Of a stretch of 64,000 nt of DNA, positions 48,151 to 57,432 are shown in pieces. Where the stretch lies: the IMG/VR virus record IMGVR_UViG_3300025133_000033. One strand, 5' to 3'. A program made the position numbers and the translations under genes. This DNA is from a virus. The stretch's first letter is position 1; each line of letters begins with the position of its first letter. Below the pieces are notes generated by a model. The model was not told the DNA's origin, ran no database searches, and worked only from the letters and a program-made list of their open reading frames with translations.

Positions 48151-48315
48151 TTAAGTAAGAATACCTATTGTTGTTGCGATAATACCTAATATAGTAGCAA
48201 GATACAGGAAGCAGAAATACTCTGTCTGCGTTCTGGACCCATGCATAACTACGAACATTGCCACAGAGAGCCCCATAAACAGGAGTCCTGATATTTGGAG
48301 TGGTGTAAGAATCAT
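48151..48315 (-). CDS. Small two-TM protein (54 aa, not in ORF track)
   Basis: MILTPLQISGLLFMGLSVAMFVVM...FLYLATILGIIATTIGILT. Confidence 0.5.
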   Translation of the reverse strand: MILTPLQISGLLFMGLSVAMFVVMHGSRTQTEYFCFLYLATILGIIATTIGILT

Positions 48316-48686
48316 CATTTTATTACGCCTGCTTTCTTATAAAAGGAACGACGGTAATTTTCGCTATATACGTTAAACTCTTTTTCTTTTTTACATCTCG
48401 CCTTAGCTTTATGAATAAGACTGGTCCCAATCCCTCGTCTACGATATTTCGATTTTACATAGACCATAAGGTTGCAATCCCATACATGGGACTCTGTAAT
48501 AATAGCCACTCCTATAGGAGTCTCCCCATCAAAAGCCATAGCCATAGAGTAGACTGGATAACCAGGAATTGCACATGCTACTTTGATCCCGCTAGAGCCC
48601 CACTGAAAGTGTAGTCGGTGGGCGATGACTAGACCTTTCCACTCTTTTATTTTTCGGCTACTTTTAGTTGTCTTATACTTTATCAA
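48315..48686 (-). CDS. GNAT acetyltransferase
   Basis: VYVKSKYRRRGIGTSL, FYKKAG. Confidence 0.8.
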   Translation of the reverse strand: MIKYKTTKSSRKIKEWKGLVIAHRLHFQWGSSGIKVACAIPGYPVYSMAMAFDGETPIGVAIITESHVWDCNLMVYVKSKYRRRGIGTSLIHKAKARCKKEKEFNVYSENYRRSFYKKAGVIK

Positions 48687-49624
48687 ATCAATTTCCTCCC
48701 ACCTTTGGTCTTAATGATCTTATGATGTTGGATCAGCCACGGCTCAATTGTACTCTTCACTGTCTCTATGTCAACATTAATTCCAGAACAAATTGAATCT
48801 ACTCCAACCGGACCTCCTCCATTTTTCAACAAAAAATCAAGATAGAGACGGTCGTTCTCGGTCGATCCATCTAGGCCAATTCCACGAAGTGCCAATGCAC
48901 GCTCTACGTGGCTCGCTGAGAGCCTTGAGACCCTTTTGGCGATACCGTAGTCGCGAATCCACTCCAGTAGCCCATTGGCGATCCTGGGGGTTCCTCGGCT
49001 GGATTTGGCAATTGTCGTCAAACCCTCCTGTCCGATGGGAACTTCTAGCTTTTTGGCGTTATTTATCAACAAAATAACCAATTCCTCTGGATCATAGAGA
49101 CGCAGAGGGAACTTCAGCTTGAATCGGTCGCGGAATGGAGCAGCAAGACTTCCCATTTCAGTCGTTGCACCCACTAAAGTGAATTCTGGCAGTTGCTCGC
49201 TGATTACTTCACCCACTTGTCCCTTTTTTCCTTCCACAGAGATATCTAAGCGGAAATCTTCCATTACAGGATACAGGAACTCTTCAACTAGATTGGTGAT
49301 TCGGTGAATTTCATCAATAAAAAGAATCGAGCGTCGATAGCGAGCAGGATTAGCCACCATCTTCCATAGGAGAGGTAGCAGCTTACTTACAGTTCGGAGA
49401 TTTGCCCCATTAGCCACCTGAATGTCAACATTTAGCTCATTGGCCAGTGCATTAGCCAGAGTGGTCTTGCCAAGTCCTGGTGGACCGTGGAATAAGCAGT
49501 GATTGAGAGCAGCATCTCGCTGATTAGACGATACTACAGCGATCTTTAGCGACTCAAGAAGTTCTTCCTGGCCAACTAGGTCATTAAACCGTTCGGGTCG
49601 TAGTATATTCATCGGAACTTTCAT
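48683..49624 (-). CDS. ruvB: Holliday junction branch-migration ATPase
   Basis: LRP..F..VGQ, GPPGLGKTT, FIDEIHR, GATT, RGTPRIAN. Confidence 0.95.
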   Translation of the reverse strand: MKVPMNILRPERFNDLVGQEELLESLKIAVVSSNQRDAALNHCLFHGPPGLGKTTLANALANELNVDIQVANGANLRTVSKLLPLLWKMVANPARYRRSILFIDEIHRITNLVEEFLYPVMEDFRLDISVEGKKGQVGEVISEQLPEFTLVGATTEMGSLAAPFRDRFKLKFPLRLYDPEELVILLINNAKKLEVPIGQEGLTTIAKSSRGTPRIANGLLEWIRDYGIAKRVSRLSASHVERALALRGIGLDGSTENDRLYLDFLLKNGGGPVGVDSICSGINVDIETVKSTIEPWLIQHHKIIKTKGGRKLI

Positions 49625-49982
49625 GTGCCAAAGCTAGTTTAACTAAGACAGAAGCTTTGGTGTTTTTAGGTAGAGATTTTTTTGTTAAAGCCGCAAGCAG
49701 AAGAGAATACGCCTCTTTAGCATCATAGCCCAGACCTACCAACGTCCATTTTGCTGCCGATAAAGAAGTATGAGGATAAGTGTCCTTGGCAGGAGCCCTC
49801 TTTTCCCTTTCTTCAACCATAACAACAACAGGCTCTATATCAATCGACTCCCAGCAATTAACACACTCGTGTTTGATCTTACGAGCTGTTGGGATCTGAT
49901 CATTACGAAACTTGAAGGCTAACCTGCAATTAGGACATTGATAGTTAATGTCTACTTCGTAGTTGATTATTTTTGCTTTCAT
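49584..49982 (-). CDS. Zinc ribbon fused to a RuvA C-terminal-like domain
   Basis: CPNC..CVNC; A..TLVGLGYDAKEA...LVKLAL; directly upstream of ruvB. Confidence 0.65.
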   Translation of the reverse strand: MKAKIINYEVDINYQCPNCRLAFKFRNDQIPTARKIKHECVNCWESIDIEPVVVMVEEREKRAPAKDTYPHTSLSAAKWTLVGLGYDAKEAYSLLLAALTKKSLPKNTKASVLVKLALAHESSDEYTTTRTV

Positions 49983-50050
49983 TTTAAAAGAGGGGCTAGT
50001 TTCCTAACCCCTCCCCCTAATGAGATGCTCGCGATAGAAAGAGCATACTC

Positions 50051-50416
50051 TTATTCTGTGTCTGTTTCCGGCGATGGATCAAGAACCTCAATCTCATCAC
50101 GCTCAGGCATCACGAAGCCCTCTGGATCAGGAACAGGAGGAACCGTTGACACTTCTTTTTCTAAAAGAATAGAGTAATTCTCAAAGTCTTTGCCGCTATT
50201 TCCCGCTCTAAACACGGTAGACTGATTAGCTTCATTCTCATGCTTATAGTCTACCCTTACCTCCTGACCTTCCTGAACGGGTATAGTATACACGTACTCG
50301 TTTTCATCAAGATCGTATTCGAACCTGGGATCTGCTTTCACTGAAACCTTTACACGTCGAGTAAAGCTTTCATCTTCAGGAACGTTGACCTTCTTCACAA
50401 TTAAAACATATTGCAT
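50051..50416 (-). CDS. Hypothetical protein
   Basis: 121 aa with GAGGAG RBS. Confidence 0.65.
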   Translation of the reverse strand: MQYVLIVKKVNVPEDESFTRRVKVSVKADPRFEYDLDENEYVYTIPVQEGQEVRVDYKHENEANQSTVFRAGNSGKDFENYSILLEKEVSTVPPVPDPEGFVMPERDEIEVLDPSPETDTE

Positions 50417-50437
50417 CTGTTTCTCCTCGCTTTTTAT

Positions 50438-51313
50438 TTAATAACCAAACTCGTCGTAGCTATCATCATCATCATAGCTATCGTCGTAATCATCATCATC
50501 ATCGTCATCATACTCGTCACCTTCATCGGTGGCAAGAGTATAGGCTAGTTCGCCTTCGTAATCCTTAACTACATAGTACTCTTCAGTCCTTAGTTTCTGA
50601 CAGTCAGAACATAGAGGAACCGAAACAACATGCATCGGATTAATCTTGACGATGATACATTTATCAGAAGTCTCGGTAAAGCTGAGATCTCCTTCGTCGT
50701 CCTTTTGAAAACTTCCAAAAGATTCAACATACGATAGAGTACCGGCATGAAGACCTCTGGAGCATCCGTTCTCACGATTGTCGTCAATCTTACGACGAGC
50801 CTCATTCACTGTCGAACCTACGCTATTGTCCTTGGTGCCAGTCCTCTTGTCTCTATAGTCACAAGTAACTGCCTTATACGCAAGGAAGTCGCCGTCTTCA
50901 CAGATGGGCAGACTACGATGGTCTAGAAAGTCGTACAGTTCCTTGGCCGACTGATAGCTAGGGTTCTGCATTATCTTCTTGATAAAATTAACCAGACCTT
51001 GCACAGGAAGATCCTCCTTAACAAAATCTAGCAGACGATCAATCATAGTTCCATGAATGGGCTCTTCGTCGCCATCTTCGTCAGTATAGACAACTTCGCC
51101 GTTCTCTACACGAAGACTTTCATCTTGAATAGACAGATAGCTCTGCACTCGTGCAGACCGATCAATGATATCCACAAGATCGTCTTCTGTAGCACCTTCT
51201 CGTAGTGCGTCCAAGGCTTTAGGATGAGCCTCGTCAGTTACACTAACGTAATACTGGCGATGGTTCAATACCAAGCTAAGATTACCACTTCCATCTTTTG
51301 TCCACGCAACCAT
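50438..51313 (-). CDS. rIIB: rIIB-like protein
   Basis: NPS..ELYDFL, DGDFLAYK, CSRGLH, VKINP..VVSVP; acidic tail. Confidence 0.88.
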   Translation of the reverse strand: MVAWTKDGSGNLSLVLNHRQYYVSVTDEAHPKALDALREGATEDDLVDIIDRSARVQSYLSIQDESLRVENGEVVYTDEDGDEEPIHGTMIDRLLDFVKEDLPVQGLVNFIKKIMQNPSYQSAKELYDFLDHRSLPICEDGDFLAYKAVTCDYRDKRTGTKDNSVGSTVNEARRKIDDNRENGCSRGLHAGTLSYVESFGSFQKDDEGDLSFTETSDKCIIVKINPMHVVSVPLCSDCQKLRTEEYYVVKDYEGELAYTLATDEGDEYDDDDDDDYDDSYDDDDSYDEFGY

Positions 51314-51315
51314 GA

Positions 51316-53355
51316 TTATTCTCCAGAGTGTAAAGTTGCCAAATCTAACATATTAATAGTATCCACCAACATTGATGAATGCGAAGAAAGTTGCCAGTCT
51401 CCAATCTCGTCAAGGAAAGAGATTAAGATAGGGTATCTTTCTCTTACTGCGTCTTCCAACTCTTCAACTTTAATCGAGTCTTTCTTGTATTCAAAATTAT
51501 ACCCCGCTAGACTCGCAAGAGATACAAAAGAGCTGACAAAATTATCAGTTTTTACATTTTTTAAATCCTTCGTATAGTCAGCCAAGAGCTTAGCAGGGCT
51601 GTTTGGGTCGATGAACTCCCCTCCGCCAGCAATAGTGCATAGCCGTTTTCCTAGACCCATGATGCCCAATGCGTACATATTGGAGGCACGCTCTTGAAGG
51701 TTGTCTCCATCCAACTCTGCCAGTTCCGCCTTAATCCAGTCTCGGAAATGAATAAAGTTCGACTTGTTAGACAGCTTACTTGTTTGGTTATTAAGCCCGA
51801 TAATATCTGGAACATCCAAGCCTAAAGAAACGCATTCGTTTCTAGCACTATGAACGTTAAAGTCCATATCATATCTGTCCAGGTTAATATACACCTGATC
51901 CTCAGACACATCAATTTCGCACTCAGTATCCCAGTATCGAGACTCATAGACGTTACTACGAGTTGAACTGTTCCCTTTAGGACAATACCCTTTTACTGTT
52001 CTAGTGGTCTTTCTAACACGAGACCCACGAGCCGCTGGTGCAGGCTTAGGTAGCTCACTAGACAGGAAGACAACATTGTCGGGCTCTGTAGCACCAACCG
52101 CTGTCAGGGCCTCAGCCTTTGTTATTCCTTTTACTAGATAAACAAAAAGGTCCGAATCAGTGCTTGCCAAAAGACGACAGGCTTTATCAAACCCACGCTC
52201 CTCGTCTTGAATTACAATCTTAGAGTAGGGAGATACTGGACAACTATTCTTATATTCCAGAGTATTCCTTTTAACCTTGGTTCCAGTACCAACGCCGCTA
52301 TACTTGAATCTCCAGGTAGCCTCAAGCTCTATGCTCTTAACAATGTCCCACTTCGAAGAAGAGAAGTCAAGGTTAAGATTAGTAAGCTTAGTTCTCCACC
52401 TTTTAGCAAGTAGAGAGGCATCCCACTGGCTTTCGCATTCGTCTAACTGCTTAGTTACTTGTATTCCTACTTCACTAGCAATCTCTTCACAACGACGCTT
52501 AATTGTCGCAATTGTTTCGTCGTTGTATTCTAATTGCTCACGAGAGGGAGTCATATGAACCTCTCCCATGTCAACAGTGAAGTGAACACCTTTATCTAAG
52601 ATCTTCTCTGCAACGCTGCCATATGGCATCTGACTTGAATTAACAGGATAAGCAATGTTACCCATAACCACATACGATCTCTCATAACTCCCAGTCATAT
52701 ACCAAGAGTCACCTTCAAGAGTTTTTTCGTATGTCTTAAGAGCAAATTCATCGCTCCCATTAACTACAGGTGAAGTAGAGAAGAACGAATAGACATGCTC
52801 TGCCGACTTGCGGAAGCGGGTATGGTCATCTTCTTTTACAGCAAAAGAAATCTCAACCCCATTAGGTTCGTCCGTTGGATGTTCACCGTACACATTGAGT
52901 TCTGGAATACCAGACTCATTGTAGCACATAGTGTACATTCGTAGGCAACCATCAATGTAGGTTGTCACATTGAAGCTGTCGCTGTATGCGAGAGGAGTCT
53001 TAGACCCGATACCAAAGTATCCAGTTTCATCATTGGTATGCTGCTTGTCAGACTTCATGTACTCTGCGTACACGTTTCTCATAGTGTCTGGAGACATACT
53101 CACACCAAAGTCACGAATCCGCAAATGAGGATCGAGCTGAGTGGGTAACTGGACACGAAACGGAGTATCGTTAATCTCCGCCCGATAATGGGAATCCATC
53201 GCATTGGCACCCAACTCTTGCAGGATCGCTTTAATAGGATCAGAGTATTGGCGTGCCAACATTTTAAAAGAATGGGCAGTTGGTGCCAGACCGCAAGTAA
53301 TGCGTTCTACGATACCATGTCGTTCAATATCGTTCGGCGTGTTTTGAACTTTCAT
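51316..53355 (-). CDS. rIIA: rIIA-like protein (GHKL ATPase N-terminus)
   Basis: YSDPIKAILQELGANAMDS, IRDFGVSM, GYFGIGSK, PSREQL. Confidence 0.88.
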   Translation of the reverse strand: MKVQNTPNDIERHGIVERITCGLAPTAHSFKMLARQYSDPIKAILQELGANAMDSHYRAEINDTPFRVQLPTQLDPHLRIRDFGVSMSPDTMRNVYAEYMKSDKQHTNDETGYFGIGSKTPLAYSDSFNVTTYIDGCLRMYTMCYNESGIPELNVYGEHPTDEPNGVEISFAVKEDDHTRFRKSAEHVYSFFSTSPVVNGSDEFALKTYEKTLEGDSWYMTGSYERSYVVMGNIAYPVNSSQMPYGSVAEKILDKGVHFTVDMGEVHMTPSREQLEYNDETIATIKRRCEEIASEVGIQVTKQLDECESQWDASLLAKRWRTKLTNLNLDFSSSKWDIVKSIELEATWRFKYSGVGTGTKVKRNTLEYKNSCPVSPYSKIVIQDEERGFDKACRLLASTDSDLFVYLVKGITKAEALTAVGATEPDNVVFLSSELPKPAPAARGSRVRKTTRTVKGYCPKGNSSTRSNVYESRYWDTECEIDVSEDQVYINLDRYDMDFNVHSARNECVSLGLDVPDIIGLNNQTSKLSNKSNFIHFRDWIKAELAELDGDNLQERASNMYALGIMGLGKRLCTIAGGGEFIDPNSPAKLLADYTKDLKNVKTDNFVSSFVSLASLAGYNFEYKKDSIKVEELEDAVRERYPILISFLDEIGDWQLSSHSSMLVDTINMLDLATLHSGE

Positions 53356-53397
53356 CTTGTGTCTCCGGTTTTCGTTAAGTGTTTCACTGATGCATTC

Positions 53398-53425
53398 ATT
53401 TTAGCATAGGAATCAGTGAAGTCAA
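53398..53425 (-). promoter_or_regulatory. Sigma70-type promoter for rIIA
   Basis: TTGACT-16 bp-TAAAAT. Confidence 0.65.
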
Positions 53426-53649
53426 CCCGTACTGGGAAAAATTTTTACGTATTCTTCATTTACTTCGTCTGAGTCAATTTTTTGGGTATCGGGATGCACA
53501 CCAAAACCCTGCTCTGATACCCAGTAGTGCCCGCCAACCATAATCGTTGAAAAACGAAATAGATGTAAAGCTTTAGCACAGGCAACAACTGGATTATCAG
53601 CCTCTACGATAGTAGTCTCTTTACCGTCTCGGATATAATACTTAGGCAT
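53422..53649 (-). CDS. Hypothetical protein
   Basis: MPKYYIRDG..VSEQGF. Confidence 0.6.
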   Translation of the reverse strand: MPKYYIRDGKETTIVEADNPVVACAKALHLFRFSTIMVGGHYWVSEQGFGVHPDTQKIDSDEVNEEYVKIFPSTG

Positions 53650-54424
53650 GAGACAATTCCTTCCTTGCCTGAGCCGCTTCCTTAACAGCCTTCTTAGTTT
53701 TACGAATAGTCTTTCCAACTTCCTGAACAGAACTATCTAAGTCCTCAGCAGTTAATCGGGTCTTGTTATTCTTATGGATATAACGCAACCAGTGGAAGAA
53801 GGTCTCCTTCTCGCTTTCGTCCTCAACTGTTTCTTCTACTAACTCAATCAACTCTGCTAAGCAACCATCTATATTAGTTCTGGTATCAGACTCCAACGCC
53901 TCCTGGTTATGAAGCCTCATATTCAGTACTGTATAGTCGATTCTCTTTGAAGACATGATACGCATCAATAGCTTGATACGCTTTACAGTCAACCCTGTAC
54001 TCTTGCGGATAGTCTCAATATCCTCACTGCCAGAGTCTCTGATTTTCTTCATGTCGTCGCAGGACTGACGACTCATTTCAAACTTATTTTTAATTGAATA
54101 CTTACTTTCTTTGATCATATCAATCAAAGAGTTACGAACATACCAAGTCGCTACTGTACTCAACTTTGCTCGACTAATATCCCATCCATCAACTGCACGA
54201 ATCAAAGCAATGTTTCCATGCTGAATCATATCTTCCAGGTCGATGTGTCGGTTATTCTTTCGAAACTTTTGAGCAAGGTCGTAAACCAGCGGCAAGCAGC
54301 TCGCAATCAATTGATCTCGGGCTACTTGATCTCCTTCCTTCATCTTGTCATACAATATGCGGTGGTCTGAACTTTTCACTTGGCTATATGCGGTGGTAAG
54401 GTCGATTTTGTATTGATCTGTCAT
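53642..54424 (-). CDS. Sigma70-family sigma factor
   Basis: GDQVARDQLI..LPLV, EDMIQHGNIALIRAVD.WD, STVATWYVR. Confidence 0.85.
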   Translation of the reverse strand: MTDQYKIDLTTAYSQVKSSDHRILYDKMKEGDQVARDQLIASCLPLVYDLAQKFRKNNRHIDLEDMIQHGNIALIRAVDGWDISRAKLSTVATWYVRNSLIDMIKESKYSIKNKFEMSRQSCDDMKKIRDSGSEDIETIRKSTGLTVKRIKLLMRIMSSKRIDYTVLNMRLHNQEALESDTRTNIDGCLAELIELVEETVEDESEKETFFHWLRYIHKNNKTRLTAEDLDSSVQEVGKTIRKTKKAVKEAAQARKELSHA

Positions 54425-54476
54425 GACGATCTCCTTTAGTTTTGTGAGCAAAAATCTACGAGTACACTGTTCTTTT

Positions 54477-54504
54477 ATTATAGCATCGGCAGGCTATATT
54501 TCAA
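54477..54504 (-). promoter_or_regulatory. Sigma70-type promoter for the sigma factor gene
   Basis: TTGAAA-16 bp-TATAAT. Confidence 0.65.
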
Positions 54505-54546
54505 GCCCCCGATTCATTTTTTTTGTATTATTGTCGCTTTCGTTTA

Positions 54547-54987
54547 TTACTCAAATTTTTCTAGGTCATGTAGGGGGTATGCAATCACATTTGTCTGTGG
54601 GCATTCAAGGTCGTAGTATACTTTGATTGCATCTTCTGTAATACTCTCATCCCAATCGCGAGAGTCACGAAATTCTTTAAACGACAGGGTTCTCTGCATA
54701 GTCTCAAACTTAACATAACAGATAGGAGACAGGAACCATTCAGGATAGAGGTCGTCCCAGAGGGTGTACGGGTTTTCACCGTTCCGGTTGACACATTTAA
54801 GAAGTTCTTCACCATCAGCATCTTCTTTGCCCATGATGACGTACTTATGTTGGGCTACAAATAAAGGCCCAGAGAGAATACCTACAACCTTACCCATTCC
54901 AGGCAGGCCAGTTCTTCGGGTTACAACAGTATCCCCAAGAGTTAGTCCGGTATCATAACTAATCTTATCTTCGTTTAATTCAGGCAT
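54547..54987 (-). CDS. Hypothetical protein
   Basis: 146 aa. Confidence 0.6.
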   Translation of the reverse strand: MPELNEDKISYDTGLTLGDTVVTRRTGLPGMGKVVGILSGPLFVAQHKYVIMGKEDADGEELLKCVNRNGENPYTLWDDLYPEWFLSPICYVKFETMQRTLSFKEFRDSRDWDESITEDAIKVYYDLECPQTNVIAYPLHDLEKFE

Positions 54988-55330
54988 CTTCGTCTACCTC
55001 ATTACATGATGAACAAATCCAAGCCACAGGAATATCACTATTCATTTTTGTTAAATAAAACCATCCTTTAGCAGGAGGCTGGCGATCATCCTCCGGTTTG
55101 AATCCTGGCATCCTTTCTCCGCAATCCACGCAGAGACCATTCTTTAACGAGTAGTCATGGAATACCTCAATCTCTTTAATTATATCTAGATGTTCCTCTG
55201 TAACTTCCTCGTCAGGTAGATCACCGAGAAAGACGATCTTCTTATCAGGGAACATCTTCTGCAACTTTGCTACCATATCCATGTCCATGTCATCGCGGTG
55301 AGGAAGTCCTTGATTATTGTCTTGGATCAT
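54980..55330 (-). CDS. Zinc-binding hypothetical protein
   Basis: CVDC..CSSC. Confidence 0.6.
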   Translation of the reverse strand: MIQDNNQGLPHRDDMDMDMVAKLQKMFPDKKIVFLGDLPDEEVTEEHLDIIKEIEVFHDYSLKNGLCVDCGERMPGFKPEDDRQPPAKGWFYLTKMNSDIPVAWICSSCNEVDEDA

Positions 55331-55354
55331 AGCTTTTCTCTATTAAAAGTAAAG

Positions 55355-55436
55355 TGTGCCGAGAGGGATTCGAACCCCCAACGTTTCTTTGTAACTGATT
55401 TACAGTCAGCGTGCTTCACCATTTGCATATCGACAC
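55355..55436 (-). tRNA. tRNA-Tyr(GTA)
   Basis: Loop CTGTAAA; long variable arm. Confidence 0.9.
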
Positions 55437-55444
55437 ATACTAAG

Positions 55445-55516
55445 TAGGACTGGAAGGAATTGAACCTTCAAGGCCAGCCTTATAAGAGCTAGTGGAGTAC
55501 CATCTCGCTCAGTCCC
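55445..55516 (-). tRNA. tRNA-Ile(TAT)
   Basis: Loop CTTATAA; GGGACTG/CAGTCCT acceptor stem; A73. Confidence 0.75.
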
Positions 55517-55521
55517 ATAAG

Positions 55522-55593
55522 CTGACCCCCTGCGATTTGAACGCAGAATACGAGGACCAAAACCTCGTGTGTTACCTGTTACACCAAGGGCCA
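55522..55593 (-). tRNA. tRNA-Gln(TTG)
   Basis: Loop TTTTGGT; U1:A72, G73. Confidence 0.88.
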
Positions 55594-55606
55594 ATAAAAA
55601 GCCTAG

Positions 55607-55679
55607 TATCGCGGACGGGAATTGAACCCGCATAGCCCAGCTTGAAAGGCTGAGTGCCTAACCAATACAGCACCGCGAC
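55607..55679 (-). tRNA. tRNA-Glu(TTC)
   Basis: Loop CTTTCAA. Confidence 0.85.
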
Positions 55680-55688
55680 ATATATAAG

Positions 55689-55802
55689 TCTACCCTGCGG
55701 GAATCGAACCCGCTTGCGTTTCACACTCTTACGCCTTATGTTTCGAACCACTCAACTTATCGAGCCTAGCTAGTTACGCACGCCACCACGGTTCAAGAGC
55801 AG
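55689..55802 (-). ncRNA. tRNA-like RNA with expanded anticodon region
   Basis: CTGCTCT/AGGGTAG acceptor stem and perfect T arm; TGCGT/ACGCA stem encloses ~55 nt. Confidence 0.5.
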
Positions 55803-55871
55803 ATAAAAAGTGACTCGTAAAAGAATCAGTGGGAGAAGCAAGAGGGGCTTTGTACCCTCTCCGGTCTACCA

Positions 55872-56060
55872 ATGATACTTCCTCATTCAAGTTCTTCTCA
55901 TTCTAATACTAACGATCCTTGTCTCGCCAGCATTGATCGTATCAATCCTAATAAAGGGTATATAACTGATAACATTCAATGGGTTTGCTTAATAGGTCAG
56001 TATTGTAAAAATATATACTCTATGGAAGATGTAATTAAATTTTGCAATGCTGTAAGCAAA
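55872..56060 (+). pseudogene. Inverted HNH endonuclease relic
   Basis: ASIDRINPNKGYITDNIQWVC..KN..EDVIKFCNAV, homologous to the C-terminal half of 19714-20232. Confidence 0.75.
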
Positions 56061-56061
56061 G

Positions 56062-56135
56062 GGGCTGGAGGAGGATTTGAACCTCCAAACACTTGATTTA
56101 ATACAAGCCGCTTTGATCTATTAGCGTACCCAGCC
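56062..56135 (-). tRNA. Degenerate tRNA with 8-nt anticodon loop, identity undetermined
   Basis: Acceptor and T arms intact; loop TATTAAAT. Confidence 0.5.
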
Positions 56136-56145
56136 AAAATAAAAG

Positions 56146-56214
56146 CAGCGAGCGATGGACTTGAACCACCATATCCTGTGCCCAGGCAGCATTAGACTTA
56201 TGCCGAACTCGCTG
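56146..56214 (-). pseudogene. Degenerate tRNA-like element
   Basis: CAGCGAG/CTCGCTG stem and T arm; shortened anticodon arm. Confidence 0.5.
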
Positions 56215-56276
56215 TAAATTAAGATAAGTGTTTATGGGTTTTCCACTATAGTTGACCCTTTATTTTTTTTTCTGAG

Positions 56277-56351
56277 TGGTACGAGGAGGATTTGAACCCC
56301 CGACAACCGAACGCTTCAAGATCGTGCTCTACCAAGCTGAGCTATCGTACC
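56277..56351 (-). tRNA. tRNA-Phe(GAA)
   Basis: Loop TTGAAGC; canonical D arm. Confidence 0.85.
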
Positions 56352-56357
56352 ATATCG

Positions 56358-56590
56358 TGGATAAGCCCTGAATCATAGCTATTCGCTCCTCAAGTACCCC
56401 ATAGGACTTATTGTTGTGCCTATCGAGCTTGCCCCTGTTAGTGGGTCTCTTACTGGGACGCCACGACGCCCCCGGTATCCGCCGAACCGACCTCTTTACC
56501 TTATGGCTTTCACGTTACGGGCTAATAACTCATAAAGCTGGGGCAATCACCCCCCTTCCATCATCTAGCTCAGGAGCTAGACTAGCTACT
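56358..56590 (-). ncRNA. Candidate structured RNA with partial RNase P-like motifs
   Basis: GTAAGAG, GGGGCAAG, CTTGAG and terminal GGCTTAT in RNase P order; 5' P4 strand not found. Confidence 0.3.
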
Positions 56591-56592
56591 AA

Positions 56593-57432
56593 TTAAGTAG
56601 CGTGGATTTCATCGCAGTCATAAATTCTATACTCACATACCCCAATACCTGAAGGATTAGGGGAATCGTCGTCCCACCTATTGTTTGTGATTTGTAAGTT
56701 TTTCTCGTGACTGACCTTCTTGTCTTTTTCTTTATAATGCTCAGTTCTTAAGCTTTCGTGATGATTCATTTGAAGAATAAGGGGATGCCCTTGGGTTTCC
56801 TGGAACGTATATAGTTGATTCAATCTATCATACATATCGTTGTCTTCCCAGCCCCACCCCTCCATTAGCTCGTCGTACCCTCTTACCGCTAAAAAGGCAG
56901 TCATAGTCATACTCATAGTGCCTTTGCCCGGAATCGGAACTCTTAGCACCGGAGCCCGCAGAGCACGGCGACTCTTAGCATCCCACAATCGGGTTCTTCG
57001 TTGTGCCGCACCCCCAGGTCCATATTCGGAGCGATACCAAGCCCCTGGTTCAGTTAAATGTGCTCCGCCTCGCAATATAGGAAGAGAGGCATTGATTAAC
57101 CAAAGAGGCTCAACTAATACATCAGAATCTAAAAAGTTAATGATATTAGCATCTGCCAACATAGCCCCACAATTCCTTGCCCTAGACAAGTTAAAGTAAT
57201 CGGTTTTATCCTCTACTTTTATTACTCGTAAATTGGGCAGGGGATTGCGATGGAAATATTCAAATGTACCGTCAGGACAGCCATAGTCTACAAGCACCAC
57301 TCTATAGGTAAACGTATCCCTGGTATCTTGGCTGCACATCTTAGGCAGCGTATCTTTAAGGAAGTCCAGCCTACCTTTACACGTAACAACAATAGCTACG
57401 TCTTTAGTAGTCTCGGGCGTATCTGACCCCAT
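56593..57432 (-). CDS. GT2/GT7C glycosyltransferase, copy 2
   Basis: VLVDYG, SRARNCG, DSD, GYDELMEGWGWEDND. Confidence 0.88.
   Translation of the reverse strand: MGSDTPETTKDVAIVVTCKGRLDFLKDTLPKMCSQDTRDTFTYRVVLVDYGCPDGTFEYFHRNPLPNLRVIKVEDKTDYFNLSRARNCGAMLADANIINFLDSDVLVEPLWLINASLPILRGGAHLTEPGAWYRSEYGPGGAAQRRTRLWDAKSRRALRAPVLRVPIPGKGTMSMTMTAFLAVRGYDELMEGWGWEDNDMYDRLNQLYTFQETQGHPLILQMNHHESLRTEHYKEKDKKVSHEKNLQITNNRWDDDSPNPSGIGVCEYRIYDCDEIHAT

Noticed and set aside
50445-50530. GAT-rich trinucleotide repeat
   Set aside because: It simply encodes the acidic tail of rIIB.
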